The translations under genes and the position numbers were made by a program. This document shows, piece by piece, positions 1 to 9,045 of a DNA stretch of 64,000 nucleotides. The DNA lies in assembly GCA_002437815.1 (NCBI GenBank), contig DJRP01000028.1, positions 41,471 through 105,470 on the forward strand, read 5' to 3'. Position 1 is the stretch's first letter, and the number at the start of each line of letters is the position of its first letter. The DNA comes from Collinsella sp. UBA6357 (GTDB lineage: Bacteria; Actinomycetota; Coriobacteriia; Coriobacteriales; Coriobacteriaceae). A model generated the notes under the pieces. It saw only the letters and a list, made by a program, of their open reading frames with translations. It was not told the origin of the DNA and did not search any database.

Positions 1-665
1 CTATCTCCAAGGAGGCCGAGGCCCGCGCCGAGCGCATGGCCAACATCGAGCGCGCCATCAAGCTCCTTGACCTTAAGCCCAAGATGGAGCAGAAGGAGAT
101 GTCCGATCTTCTGGGCATGCGACTTCGTGAGCTCGATAGCCTGATGGCCGAGGCCGAGAAGGCCGACCTCGTGGGTCGTATCGACAGCGCTGAGGGCGAC
201 ATGCGCAAGATCGTCGTCTTCGCCGCCGAGGATGCGCTCGAGGGCCTGTCCGAGCTGGCCAACAAGAAGGAGAAGCTCCTCCCCGAGCTTTCCGTCGATG
301 AGGCCAACGAGTTCATGGCTCAGCTCGACCGCATCATCGCCCCGCTCGTGGCCATGGGCCTCGACGAGGATCGCGGTCCGCGTGGCGGCCGTGACGAGCG
401 TGGCGGCCGCGGTGGCGACCGTGGCGGCCGTGGCGGCTTCGGCGGCCGTGACTCCCGCGGTGGCGATCGCGGTGGCCGCGGTGGCGACCGTGGCGGCCGC
501 GGTGGCTTCGGCGGCGGTCGCGGTGGCGATCGCGGTGGCCGCGGCGGCTATGGTGATCGCGGTGGCAACCGCGGTGGCTTCGGTGGCAACCGTGGCGGCC
601 GTGACTCCCGTGGCGGCGATCGTGGCGGTCGCAACGGCGGCGGTTTCCGCGGCAACCGCTTCTAG
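1..665 (+). CDS. 5-prime-truncated CDS: MarR-like winged-helix protein with a long C-terminal Arg/Gly-rich (RGG/GAR-like) tail
   Basis: The frame is open from position 3 (ISKEAEARAER before M36), so the gene probably starts upstream of the window. There is a wHTH-like segment KEMSDLLGMRLRELDSLMAEAEKADLVGRIDSAEGDMRKIVV. The C-terminal ~95 aa are GGRGGDR/GGRGGFG-type repeats ending RGNRF*. A strong terminator follows. Confidence 0.6.
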   Translation, partial: ISKEAEARAERMANIERAIKLLDLKPKMEQKEMSDLLGMRLRELDSLMAEAEKADLVGRIDSAEGDMRKIVVFAAEDALEGLSELANKKEKLLPELSVDEANEFMAQLDRIIAPLVAMGLDEDRGPRGGRDERGGRGGDRGGRGGFGGRDSRGGDRGGRGGDRGGRGGFGGGRGGDRGGRGGYGDRGGNRGGFGGNRGGRDSRGGDRGGRNGGGFRGNRF

Positions 666-688
666 TTGCAATCGGATTTATCTCGCAT

Positions 689-727
689 AAAAATCCCGGT
701 GGTTATCACGCCACCGGGATTTTTTTA
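689..727. terminator. Bidirectional rho-independent terminator between the RGG-tail gene and pdxT
   Basis: Stem ATCCCGGTGG (693-702) pairs with CCACCGGGAT (711-720) around an 8-nt loop. An A-run lies upstream and TTTTTT at 721-726. Confidence 0.85.
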
Positions 728-760
728 TCGACTATTCGAAAACGACCTTATGCAGGCCCG

Positions 761-1348
761 TTAAAGCTTCAGGAACATCTCATGCAGACGGGGATCGCCG
801 TCGAGCTCGGGGTGAAAAGCGACACCCAGCTGGTTGCCCTGGCGAGCGGCGACGATTCTCCCGTCGACTTTGGTGAGGATTTCGACGCTGTCTCCGACCT
901 CGACGATGCGCGGTGCGCGGATGAACGTGAGTGGCACCTTGCCCTCGATCCCTGCGACCGGGGCCTGCGCATGGAAGCTGCCGAGCTGCCGCCCATACGC
1001 GTTTCGCTCGACGAGCACGTCCATGGTCGCGAGTCGTGGCGTGCCCTTATCGTCATGGGCGGCAAGGCGCTTCGCCAAGAGAATAAGACCCGCGCAGGTG
1101 CCAAGCACCGGCATCCCGTCAGCGATGCGGTCTCGCAGACCCTTGAGCATACCGAGCTCTTCAAGAAGCTTTCCCTGGACTGTTGACTCGCCTCCGGGGA
1201 GCACCAGGCGGTCAAAAGGTCGGTTGATATCCGCCGCTTGCCTCAGCTCGATACACTTTGCGCCCAGCATGGCGAGCTGGGCCTCATGCTCGTCAAATGC
1301 TCCCTGGACGGCGAGTACCGCGACCGTCTGGTCTGCAAAATCTGACAT
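761..1348 (-). CDS. pdxT: Pyridoxal 5-phosphate synthase glutaminase subunit PdxT
   Basis: 195 aa. It has the class I amidotransferase pattern VLAVQGAF..LVLPGGESTV..GTCAGLILLA..FHPE. An AAGGGGGA RBS precedes it, and it lies directly downstream of pdxS. Confidence 0.9.
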   Translation of the reverse strand: MSDFADQTVAVLAVQGAFDEHEAQLAMLGAKCIELRQAADINRPFDRLVLPGGESTVQGKLLEELGMLKGLRDRIADGMPVLGTCAGLILLAKRLAAHDDKGTPRLATMDVLVERNAYGRQLGSFHAQAPVAGIEGKVPLTFIRAPRIVEVGDSVEILTKVDGRIVAARQGNQLGVAFHPELDGDPRLHEMFLKL

Positions 1349-1393
1349 ATGGAATCCCCCTTGGTTTCGTCCACCCGCTCGAGGAGCTCGTTC

Positions 1394-2287
1394 TTAGCGT
1401 CCGCGCTCCTCCATGATGATCTCGATCTCGTCGGCGTTGATGCCGACCATCGCCTCGCCCAGGTCTTCCGAGAGCTCGGCGATCATCTTGGCATCGGTGT
1501 AGTTGGCGACGGCTTTGACGATGGCGGCAGCGCGCTTGGCAGGGTCTCCGCTCTTGAAGATGCCGGATCCCACAAAGACGCCCTCGGCACCGAGCCGCAT
1601 CATGAGGGCCGCGTCTGCCGGCGTCGCCACGCCGCCGGCGGCGAAATTCACGACGGGGAGCTTGGCGTGGGTGTGAACCTCGCGCACGAGCTCGACCGGA
1701 ACCTGCAGTTGTTTGGCGGCCTCGAAGAGCTCATCGTCGCGCAGGGCCACGACGTCGCGGATCTGCTTTTGGATCTTGCGCATGTGGCGTACGGCCTGGA
1801 CCACGTCGCCTGTGCCCGGTTCGCCCTTGGTGCGGATCATCGTGGCACCCTCGGCCACGCGTCGCAGTGCCTCGCCGAGGTCGCGCGCGCCGCAGACGAA
1901 CGGCACGTCGAACTGTGTCTTATCGATGTGATAGACGTCGTCGGCGGGGGAGAGCACCTCGGACTCGTCGATGTAGTCGATCTCGATCGCCTGCAGGATC
2001 TGTGCCTCGACGATATGGCCGATACGACACTTGGCCATGACGGGAATCGAGACGGCCTGCTGGATACCCTTAATCATCTTGGGATCGCTCATGCGGGAGA
2101 CACCGCCGGCGGCGCGGATGTCGGCCGGGATGCGCTCGAGCGCCATGACGGCGCAGGCGCCGGCCTCCTCGGCGATACGGGCCTGCTCGGGGGTGGTGAC
2201 GTCCATGATGACGCCGCCCTTGAGCATCTGGGCGAGCTCTCGGTTGAGTTTGACGCGCTCGCCGCGCGCGGTGGGATCGGTTGCCAT
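1394..2287 (-). CDS. pdxS: Pyridoxal 5-phosphate synthase lyase subunit PdxS
   Basis: 297 aa. It carries highly characteristic PdxS motifs: [58 protein letters not shown] is GAAGGAG. Confidence 0.95.
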   Translation of the reverse strand: MATDPTARGERVKLNRELAQMLKGGVIMDVTTPEQARIAEEAGACAVMALERIPADIRAAGGVSRMSDPKMIKGIQQAVSIPVMAKCRIGHIVEAQILQAIEIDYIDESEVLSPADDVYHIDKTQFDVPFVCGARDLGEALRRVAEGATMIRTKGEPGTGDVVQAVRHMRKIQKQIRDVVALRDDELFEAAKQLQVPVELVREVHTHAKLPVVNFAAGGVATPADAALMMRLGAEGVFVGSGIFKSGDPAKRAAAIVKAVANYTDAKMIAELSEDLGEAMVGINADEIEIIMEERGR

Positions 2288-2351
2288 GGTTGCTCCTTCT
2301 TCGAGGTTGGTGTCGCTTGGTCGAACATCCTAGAGGGAAGGTGGACATGGC

Positions 2352-2380
2352 AAAATATTCAATTTGGGAGATAATGACAA
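2352..2380 (-). promoter_or_regulatory. Candidate sigma70-type promoter of pdxST
   Basis: On the minus strand: TTGTCA (plus coordinates 2375-2380), a 17-nt spacer, then TATTTT (2352-2357). It lies about 65 nt upstream of the pdxS ATG. Confidence 0.45.
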
Positions 2381-2420
2381 GGCCAGACTAAGGCCAGTTT
2401 GAGTATACAGATAAGGCCAG
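2379..2420 (+). promoter_or_regulatory. Three direct repeats AAGGCCAG: candidate PdxR operator in the pdxS/pdxR divergent region
   Basis: AAGGCCAG occurs at 2379-2386, 2390-2397 and 2413-2420, with spacings of 11 and 23 bp. The first copy abuts the pdxST -35. The third lies just upstream of the pdxR ATG at 2432. Confidence 0.45.
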
Positions 2421-2431
2421 AAGGGCGTGAG

Positions 2432-3820
2432 ATGCTCGATTACAATTTGAACGAACGTGGATCCCTTACGCTGTACGAGTATATCTACCAGCGTATACGA
2501 GACGATATCGTCGATGGATCCATCGCTGCGGACGAGCATCTGCCTTCCAAGCGTACGCTTGCCGAACATCTAGCTACCAGTGTGATTACCATCGAGAATG
2601 CATATAGCCAGTTGGTTGCCGAAGGATATGTGTACACGCGACCGCGACAGGGGTTCTATGCAAGCGCCTTGCCCAAGACGCGCAGGGCTAAGCCTCGACA
2701 GGACGATGGCGAGCGGGATTCCTATTCACCGGTGGTTCGGGGGGCGGTGAAGGGCGGTTTACCCGCGCCGGCACCGCTCTCGCCCTCGGCGCTCGATGCG
2801 GCGCGGCTGTGGCAGCGTGCCCTCAGGGCGACGTTGACCTCAGAGGACGAGCGCGAGATCTTCGCTCCCGCTCCGGCCCAGGGCACGGAGCGGCTACGAG
2901 TCGCCATCGCGCGTCACTTGCGCGGTTCGCGCGGCATGAATGTCGATCCCGCGAACATCGTGGTCGGCGCCGGTGCGCAGCTGCTCGATACGATGCTCGT
3001 GCAGCTGCTGGGCCAAGAGCTGACCTATGCGGTCGAAGACCCCGGCTACCTGCGCCTCACGCATATCTACCAGGCAATGGGCTGCGAGGTGCGGCATATT
3101 CCGCTCGATGCCGAAGGTGTTTCTCTCGAGGCGCTTCGTTCGTCGGGCGCAGATGTGCTCCATCTGATGCCCTCGCATCAATATCCCACGGGGCTCGTCA
3201 CGTCGATCGCCCGTCGCTACGCCCTCATGAGCTGGGCTTCCGAGCGCTCGGGCCGCTATCTCATCGAGGATGACTTCGACTGCGAGTTTCGCCTCGCGGG
3301 ACGTCCTATCGCCCCGCTCGTCTCGATCGACGCGGCAGGTTCGGTCATCTACACCAACACGTTTTCGAAGAGCCTGTCCTCGGCGCTACGCTTGGCCTAC
3401 ATGGTGTTGCCGGATAAGCTCATGGCGCAGTTTGACCGCGATTTGGGCTTCTACGCCTCCTCGGTGAGTTCGATCGACCAGATCGCCTTGGCGCGTCTCC
3501 TTGAATCGGGAGAATACGAACGCCATGTGAGCCGTGTACGCAAGCGCGCCCGCGAGGCCCGTGACTGCATCGTGGACGCGGTCAAGCAGATTTGCTCTGA
3601 CGGGTCGATTGAGGTCGAGCATCCCGACGATGGCCTCTATTGCGTGCTTGCCGCCGAGGGTTCCGCGGCCGCCCGCATGACGGCGGATGCCATGCCGGTG
3701 ACACCGCTCGCCGATCATATATGGCGCGCGGAGAGTGCCGGTCCGGCGGACGGAAAGCGGCGTTTTCTGCTGCAGTATGAGCATGCCTCCGCGTTTGCCG
3801 AGGCCCTCCTCGGCGCATAG
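2432..3820 (+). CDS. pdxR: MocR-family regulator PdxR (GntR wHTH fused to a fold-type I aminotransferase-like domain)
   Basis: The N-terminus LYEYIYQRIRDDIVDGSIAADEHLPSKRTLAEHLATSVITIENAYSQLVAEGYVYTRPRQGFY is a GntR HTH. The C-terminal ~350 aa are aminotransferase-like (YTNTFSKSL). It is divergent from pdxST. I prefer the ATG at 2432 (AAGGG RBS) over the track TTG at 2399. Confidence 0.85.
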   Translation: MLDYNLNERGSLTLYEYIYQRIRDDIVDGSIAADEHLPSKRTLAEHLATSVITIENAYSQLVAEGYVYTRPRQGFYASALPKTRRAKPRQDDGERDSYSPVVRGAVKGGLPAPAPLSPSALDAARLWQRALRATLTSEDEREIFAPAPAQGTERLRVAIARHLRGSRGMNVDPANIVVGAGAQLLDTMLVQLLGQELTYAVEDPGYLRLTHIYQAMGCEVRHIPLDAEGVSLEALRSSGADVLHLMPSHQYPTGLVTSIARRYALMSWASERSGRYLIEDDFDCEFRLAGRPIAPLVSIDAAGSVIYTNTFSKSLSSALRLAYMVLPDKLMAQFDRDLGFYASSVSSIDQIALARLLESGEYERHVSRVRKRAREARDCIVDAVKQICSDGSIEVEHPDDGLYCVLAAEGSAAARMTADAMPVTPLADHIWRAESAGPADGKRRFLLQYEHASAFAEALLGA

Positions 3821-3838
3821 TCTCGGCATAAGGAAAAC

Positions 3839-3866
3839 GGGGCCGGCTCCTTAAGGAACCGGCCCC
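3839..3866. terminator. Hairpin terminator between convergent pdxR and rubrerythrin
   Basis: GGGGCCGG (3839-3846) pairs with CCGGCCCC (3859-3866). The minus-strand reading is followed by GTTTT. Confidence 0.6.
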
Positions 3867-3895
3867 ATCTAAAGGTGCGATATGGAAGCGTCGGT

Positions 3896-4456
3896 TTAGC
3901 CGAAGTAGCGCTTGAGCAGGCCCTCGAATGCCTTGCCGTGACGAGCCTCGTCGCGAGCCATCTCATGCACGGTGTCGTGGATTGCATCGAGGTTGGCGGC
4001 CTTGGCACGCTTGGCGAGGTCGGTCTTGCCGGCGGTGGCGCCGTTCTCGGCCTCGACACGCATCTCGAGGTTCTTCTTGGTGGAGTCGGTCACGACCTCA
4101 CCCAGCAGCTCGGCGAACTTGGCGGCGTGCTCGGCCTCCTCGTGAGCGGCCTTCTCGTAGTACAGGCCGACCTCGGGATAGCCCTCGCGATGGGCGACGC
4201 GCGCCATGGCGAGATACATACCGACCTCGGAGCACTCGCCCTCGAAGTTGGCACGCAGGTCGGCGACGATGTCCTCGGGGACACCCTCGGCCTTGCCGAC
4301 GCCCACGACATGCTCGGCAGCCCAGGTGAAGCCGCCCTCATCCTGCTTGAGGAAACGCGAACCCGGAACGCCGCACTGGGGGCACTTGAAATCCTCGGGC
4401 AGCTCGTCGCCGTCAAACTCTTCAACATAACCGCAAACGGGGCAAACAAACTTCAT
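3896..4456 (-). CDS. Reverse rubrerythrin (N-terminal rubredoxin-like domain, C-terminal ferritin-like diiron domain)
   Basis: [17 protein letters not shown] supplies the CxxC x2 motif. The diiron motifs [21 protein letters not shown] follow. I use the start at ATG 4456 rather than the track start at 4558. Confidence 0.85.
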   Translation of the reverse strand: MKFVCPVCGYVEEFDGDELPEDFKCPQCGVPGSRFLKQDEGGFTWAAEHVVGVGKAEGVPEDIVADLRANFEGECSEVGMYLAMARVAHREGYPEVGLYYEKAAHEEAEHAAKFAELLGEVVTDSTKKNLEMRVEAENGATAGKTDLAKRAKAANLDAIHDTVHEMARDEARHGKAFEGLLKRYFG

Positions 4457-4629
4457 GATTCGATCCCTTCGATCGATGGCGATGTGACGTATTGCCCGGT
4501 CCCTTATGGGCCCTCTCCGGGCGTGCGTCTTGACGAGTTCTATTATCCATAAATGCAACCAAATGTGAAGCCTATTAGGAATGATTTTTAATAAAACAAT
4601 TTAAGCGCCGCAATTCCCGCGTTTCGCCT

Positions 4630-5520
4630 TTAGCAGCGACCGCACAGCCCACAGCGTACGCAGCCGTTGCAGATCAGTTGGCTTCCGCAGGTATGGCACC
4701 ATTCATAGAAAGGTGGTTGCCAGAGCTCGGCACGGGGAACTTCAAGGCCCACCGGGTCACGAAGTTCCCATACGATCGAGCGTCCCCGATGCTGCAGCCC
4801 CGATTTCCAGGCCTGTTCGCTTTGCAGATTCTTATTGCGCAAATGGTAGGACTTTCCGTCTTTGACGAACACCGAGCCCGTCTCGATGAAGGCGAACGTC
4901 ACGTCGGCGCGCACGCATTCGCTGTAAAGCGCTTGAACCCACTCATAGTGGCAGGGTCGTGCGCCTCCGTAGTTTTCGCCGCCGACGATGACCTGTTCGA
5001 TGCCATGCTCGCCCAGGCAGCCCGGAGTTGCCGCTTCGATCGATGCGCTTCCGATATAGGGCGCGCACATCACGCCTCTATGCGCCGCGGGCGTCTCGAG
5101 CAGCAAGGGGATGCGCTCATTGGCACGTCTCTGGTTTTCGCACGTTACGTTGAGCATGACGTTTGGCCATCCCGCGCCCCAATCAGGTGGTAAACATGTG
5201 CTGAAGCGCTCCGGGCGCTTGGTCAGGATAAAGAACTTGACGTCGGGACGCTGACGGACGATCTCCCAAGCGGCGGGGCGCCATGGGTCGGCCTCGGGCA
5301 CCAAAAAGTCCGAGGTCATGCAGATGCGGAGCAGCTCGCCAGCCTGAACTTTATAGGATCCGTCGCGTCGTCTCTGCAAAGGGTAGTCGAAACTCGATTT
5401 CGAGCGTGTGACGACATGGGGGTCGATTCCGCGATGCTTGTCCATATAGAACATATAGCAGTTAGCGCAGCCTTCGCTGGCGGGCGTGCAACCATGCCAG
5501 GGGTTCCAGATGTCGTGCAT
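4630..5520 (-). CDS. DUF5131 (phage Gp37/Gp68) family protein with a Cys-rich C-terminal extension
   Basis: MHDIWNPWHGCTPASEGCANCYM matches the family N-terminal C-x6-C-x2-C signature. A GGGGAGG RBS sits before ATG 5520. The tail is CHTCGSQLICNGCVRCGLCGRC. Confidence 0.7.
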   Translation of the reverse strand: MHDIWNPWHGCTPASEGCANCYMFYMDKHRGIDPHVVTRSKSSFDYPLQRRRDGSYKVQAGELLRICMTSDFLVPEADPWRPAAWEIVRQRPDVKFFILTKRPERFSTCLPPDWGAGWPNVMLNVTCENQRRANERIPLLLETPAAHRGVMCAPYIGSASIEAATPGCLGEHGIEQVIVGGENYGGARPCHYEWVQALYSECVRADVTFAFIETGSVFVKDGKSYHLRNKNLQSEQAWKSGLQHRGRSIVWELRDPVGLEVPRAELWQPPFYEWCHTCGSQLICNGCVRCGLCGRC

Positions 5521-5716
5521 GCCCTGCGCCTCCCCGCGGTTCCTGTGTCGATCGGACGGTGTGCAGCATGGTAGCACCGCTCTTGAAATCGCAAAAAAGC
5601 GAGGTGCTTGTGTAAATGTTGATATGTAAACAAATAAGTAGTCTTCCATCGACGGTGGCGTTACAATCCCTCGGGTAAATGTTGATGTATTAACAAAAAA
5701 GAACCGAGGTTTGCCG

Positions 5717-6940
5717 ATGCGATGGGAGAAAAGATGCTGGTGCCGAATCTATCAGGTGGCATTTAGGGCTGTGTTGCCATTGCTTCCGTATCGCGAGCCG
5801 ATGCTCTTGGACAGTGTTGAGGGCGTTGCCGCGGCCCTCGGCGACCGGGGCATCAAAAGCGCTTTGCTGGTGACCGATCCCGGTATCGCGCGCTTGGGGC
5901 TGACGGGCACCCTTGAGCGTTCGCTTGCGAAGGCGGGTATCGGCTGCGCGATCTATTCGAAAACGCATGCTAATCCCACTGTGGAGGATGTCGAAGAGGC
6001 CGTGGCGCTTTACCGTGCACATAGATGCGAAGCCCTCATCGGCTTTGGTGGCGGATCGGCGATGGACTGTGCCAAGGGGGTCGGCGCGCGCATCGCCCAA
6101 CCTCGAAAATCGCTCGAAAAGATGCGCGGTCTTTTGCGCATCCACCGTCGTCTCCCGCTTTTGATTGCCGTTCCCACGACCGCCGGCACCGGCAGCGAGG
6201 TGACGCTTGCCGCGGTTATCACCGACAGCGAGACGCACTACAAATACCCGATCAACGATTTTGTGCTCATTCCCCGTATTGCGGTTCACGATCCTGCGCT
6301 CACGCTTGGCTTGCCGGCGTCCATCACGGGCCAAACGGGGATGGATGCCCTCACCCATGCCGTCGAGGCCTATATCGGTCGCAGCGCCACGTCCTATACG
6401 AGGCAAAACGCCCGCGAGGCGGTGCGGCTCATCCATGACAACCTGCTCGGCGCCTATGAGGACGGGTCGGATATCGAGGCCCGCAGCAGCATGCTCGAGG
6501 CTTCTTATCGGGCGGGTATCGCTTTTACGCAATCGTATGTAGGCTACGTGCACGCTATCGCGCACAGCCTGGGAGGCCAGTACGGCATCGCCCATGGGCT
6601 TGCCAATGCCATCATCTTGCCGCATATGTTGCGGGCCTACGGAGAGTCTGCACAGGCGAAGCTCGCCGAGCTCTCGCGCGCGGCAGACATCGCATCAGCG
6701 ACATCGAACGATAAAGAGGCGGCAGAGGCGTTTATCGCCTGGATTGAGCGCATGAACGCTAGGCTGGGGATTCCCGTCTACGTGGAGGACATTCGGCGTG
6801 CGGATATTCCTGTCATGGCTGCGCATGCCGACGCCGAGGCCAATCCGCTCTATCCGGTGCCACGCCTTATGGATCGCACGGAGCTGGAGCATATGTATGA
6901 GATCGTAGCCGGTCCTCATTTGATCAAGGAGGATGTATAG
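5717..6940 (+). CDS. Iron-containing (group III) alcohol dehydrogenase
   Basis: Motifs GFGGGSAMDCAKG, VPTTAGTGSEVT and GMDALTHAVEAY are present. ATG 5717 has a GAGG RBS; the track start is TTG 5711. The stop codon abuts the next gene's start. Confidence 0.85.
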   Translation: MRWEKRCWCRIYQVAFRAVLPLLPYREPMLLDSVEGVAAALGDRGIKSALLVTDPGIARLGLTGTLERSLAKAGIGCAIYSKTHANPTVEDVEEAVALYRAHRCEALIGFGGGSAMDCAKGVGARIAQPRKSLEKMRGLLRIHRRLPLLIAVPTTAGTGSEVTLAAVITDSETHYKYPINDFVLIPRIAVHDPALTLGLPASITGQTGMDALTHAVEAYIGRSATSYTRQNAREAVRLIHDNLLGAYEDGSDIEARSSMLEASYRAGIAFTQSYVGYVHAIAHSLGGQYGIAHGLANAIILPHMLRAYGESAQAKLAELSRAADIASATSNDKEAAEAFIAWIERMNARLGIPVYVEDIRRADIPVMAAHADAEANPLYPVPRLMDRTELEHMYEIVAGPHLIKEDV

Positions 6941-8320
6941 ATGGATGCAATGCAGATCGCGCAAATCGTCGAGCATCAGCGGACCTACTTCAAGACGCAC
7001 GCCACGTTTGATGTTGCCGAACGCAAACGGGCGCTGAAAGCGCTGCTTAAAGCGGTGCAGGCTCACGAGGATGATATCGCTGCGGCGCTTAAGGCCGATC
7101 TGGGAAAATCGCACGACGAGGCGTATATGTGCGAGATCGGTCTTTCACTGTCCGAGATCCGTTATCAGCTCGCGCACGTTGCCCGCTGGACACGACCCAA
7201 ACTTCGCCCCTGCGATCTTGCCAACGCCATAAGTGTGTGCAGCACGCGGCAGGTGCCCTATGGCGTGACGCTGATCATGGCACCGTGGAACTATCCGTTC
7301 CTGCTGACGCTCGAGCCGCTTGCCGGTGCGCTTGCGGCGGGAAACACCGTGGTGCTCAAGCCGAGCGCGTACGCACCGGCATCGAGTGCGGTGCTCCGGC
7401 AGATGTGCGAAGAAGCCTTTGACCCGCGGCTTGTGTGCGTGGTGGAGGGCGGTCGCGCCGAGAACACGGCTTTGCTCGATCAACGCTGGGACAACATCTT
7501 TTTCACCGGCGGCGTCCATGTGGGCAAGCTCGTCATGGAGCGCGCGAGCGCCAACCTCACGCCCGTCACACTCGAGCTCGGAGGCAAGAGCCCCTGCATC
7601 GTCGACGCCACCGCCAACTTGCGTGTGGCGGCGCGCCGCATCGCCTTTGGCAAATGGCTCAACGCCGGCCAGACCTGTGTGGCGCCCGATTACCTCATGG
7701 TCGAGACGCGCGTACACGATGAGCTCATCGCGCACATCAAGGAAGAGACGCGCCACATGTTCGGCGAGCGCCCGCTCGATAATCCTGACTACGGGCACAT
7801 GATCAGCGAGAAGCACTTCGAGCGCGTGATGGAGCTTATCGATCACGACAACGTGGTGCTCGGCGGGGGTTCGAGCCCCGAGTCGCTCAAGATCGAGCCG
7901 ACGATCCTCGATGGTGTCACTCCTGCGGACCCGGTGATGCAGGAGGAGATCTTCGGCCCGGTGCTGCCTGTGCTTACGTACGACACGCTCGATGAGGTCG
8001 AGCGCTTTGTGACGGAGCGGCCCACGCCGCTTGCGCTCTATATCTTTAGCGAGGACCGTGCTGTGCAGCAGCGCTTTACGCGATACGTGCCCTTTGGCGG
8101 CGGCTGCGTCAACGATACCATCATGCATCTCGCCACGAGCCATATGGGCTTTGGGGGCATGGGGGCGAGTGGCATGGGCCGCTATCACGGGCGCGAGAGC
8201 TTCGATACCTTCAGCCACAAGAAGAGTGTGGTCAATAAGGCGACATGGGTCGACATGCCGTTTCGCTACGCGCCGTATCACGCGTGGAAGAGCAAGTTCG
8301 TCCGTCTGTTTGTGCACTAG
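6941..8320 (+). CDS. Aldehyde dehydrogenase, class 3-like (NAD(P)+)
   Basis: 459 aa. Motifs PWNYPF, FTGG, ELGGKSP, GQTCVAPDY and EEIFGPVLP are present. Its ATG immediately follows the ADH stop, suggesting an operon. Confidence 0.85.
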   Translation: MDAMQIAQIVEHQRTYFKTHATFDVAERKRALKALLKAVQAHEDDIAAALKADLGKSHDEAYMCEIGLSLSEIRYQLAHVARWTRPKLRPCDLANAISVCSTRQVPYGVTLIMAPWNYPFLLTLEPLAGALAAGNTVVLKPSAYAPASSAVLRQMCEEAFDPRLVCVVEGGRAENTALLDQRWDNIFFTGGVHVGKLVMERASANLTPVTLELGGKSPCIVDATANLRVAARRIAFGKWLNAGQTCVAPDYLMVETRVHDELIAHIKEETRHMFGERPLDNPDYGHMISEKHFERVMELIDHDNVVLGGGSSPESLKIEPTILDGVTPADPVMQEEIFGPVLPVLTYDTLDEVERFVTERPTPLALYIFSEDRAVQQRFTRYVPFGGGCVNDTIMHLATSHMGFGGMGASGMGRYHGRESFDTFSHKKSVVNKATWVDMPFRYAPYHAWKSKFVRLFVH

Positions 8321-8485
8321 CGTCGGGCCGTGGCAGCGGCGCGGGACGTGGGCGGCCCGAGACCCGGCGTACCATCGCGCGCTCTTTGGAGGCCTTTTCG
8401 GATAGGGTGAATCGACCTCCGTGCCCATGCCCCGCATGCGGTAGAGTCTTGCCCTGAGCATGAAAACACGACGAAGGGCAAACCA

Positions 8486-9031
8486 ATGATGTGGTTCACC
8501 GCCGACCTTCATCTGGGCGACACGAATATCCTGCATGATATGGATCGACCGTTTTCCTCTGTCGAGGAGATGAACCGCAAGGTCATCGATGCCATCAACG
8601 AGAAGGTTGCCGAGGATGATCGCCTCTATATCCTGGGTGATTTCACGTATCGCCTTTCCATGGCGGAGGCCGTGCGCCTGCGCGAACGCATCGCGTGCCA
8701 AAACATCGTGCTCATTCGCGGCAACCATGATGGTGACTGGGAGGACTCCAAGGCCCCGGATATCTGGTCCGTCGTACGCGACTACCTCGAGATCGAACCG
8801 GGCTACGCCAAGGGTCACCGTCTGGTGCTAAGCCACTACCCCATGCTCAGCTGGAACGGCAAAGCGCGCGGCGCCATCATGCTTCATGGGCATATCCACA
8901 GCCGCGGTGAGCGCACCAACGCCCGCAACCGCGATCGCGAGCGCCCGATCCTGCGTTACGATGTGGGTCTGGACGCCAACGGCTACGTGCCGGTCAGTCG
9001 CGACCAGATCCTAAAGTTTTTCGGCCTGTAG
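8486..9031 (+). CDS. Metallophosphoesterase (calcineurin-like) family protein
   Basis: Motifs WFTADLHLGD, ILGDF, GNHD and GHIH are present. Confidence 0.75.
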   Translation: MMWFTADLHLGDTNILHDMDRPFSSVEEMNRKVIDAINEKVAEDDRLYILGDFTYRLSMAEAVRLRERIACQNIVLIRGNHDGDWEDSKAPDIWSVVRDYLEIEPGYAKGHRLVLSHYPMLSWNGKARGAIMLHGHIHSRGERTNARNRDRERPILRYDVGLDANGYVPVSRDQILKFFGL

Positions 9032-9045
9032 GGGATAGACAGCAC

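Noticed and set aside
370-665. Tandem GC-rich DNA repeats considered as a possible CRISPR array or VNTR outside genes.
   Set aside because: The repeats are in frame inside a CDS and encode the RGG tail. There is no repeat-spacer periodicity with unique spacers.
7145-8818. A 557-aa minus-strand ORF. Similar long shadow ORFs occur at 5690-6625, 10060-11190, 12470-13870, 16630-18333, 36406-37653, 37928-39868, 42195-43376, 50095-51585, 51837-53051, 54407-55555, 56496-58127 and 61685-62749.
   Set aside because: Each lies antisense to, or out of frame with, a gene that has clear family motifs. Each translates to R/G/A/H-rich low-complexity sequence and lacks an RBS. They are high-GC artefacts.
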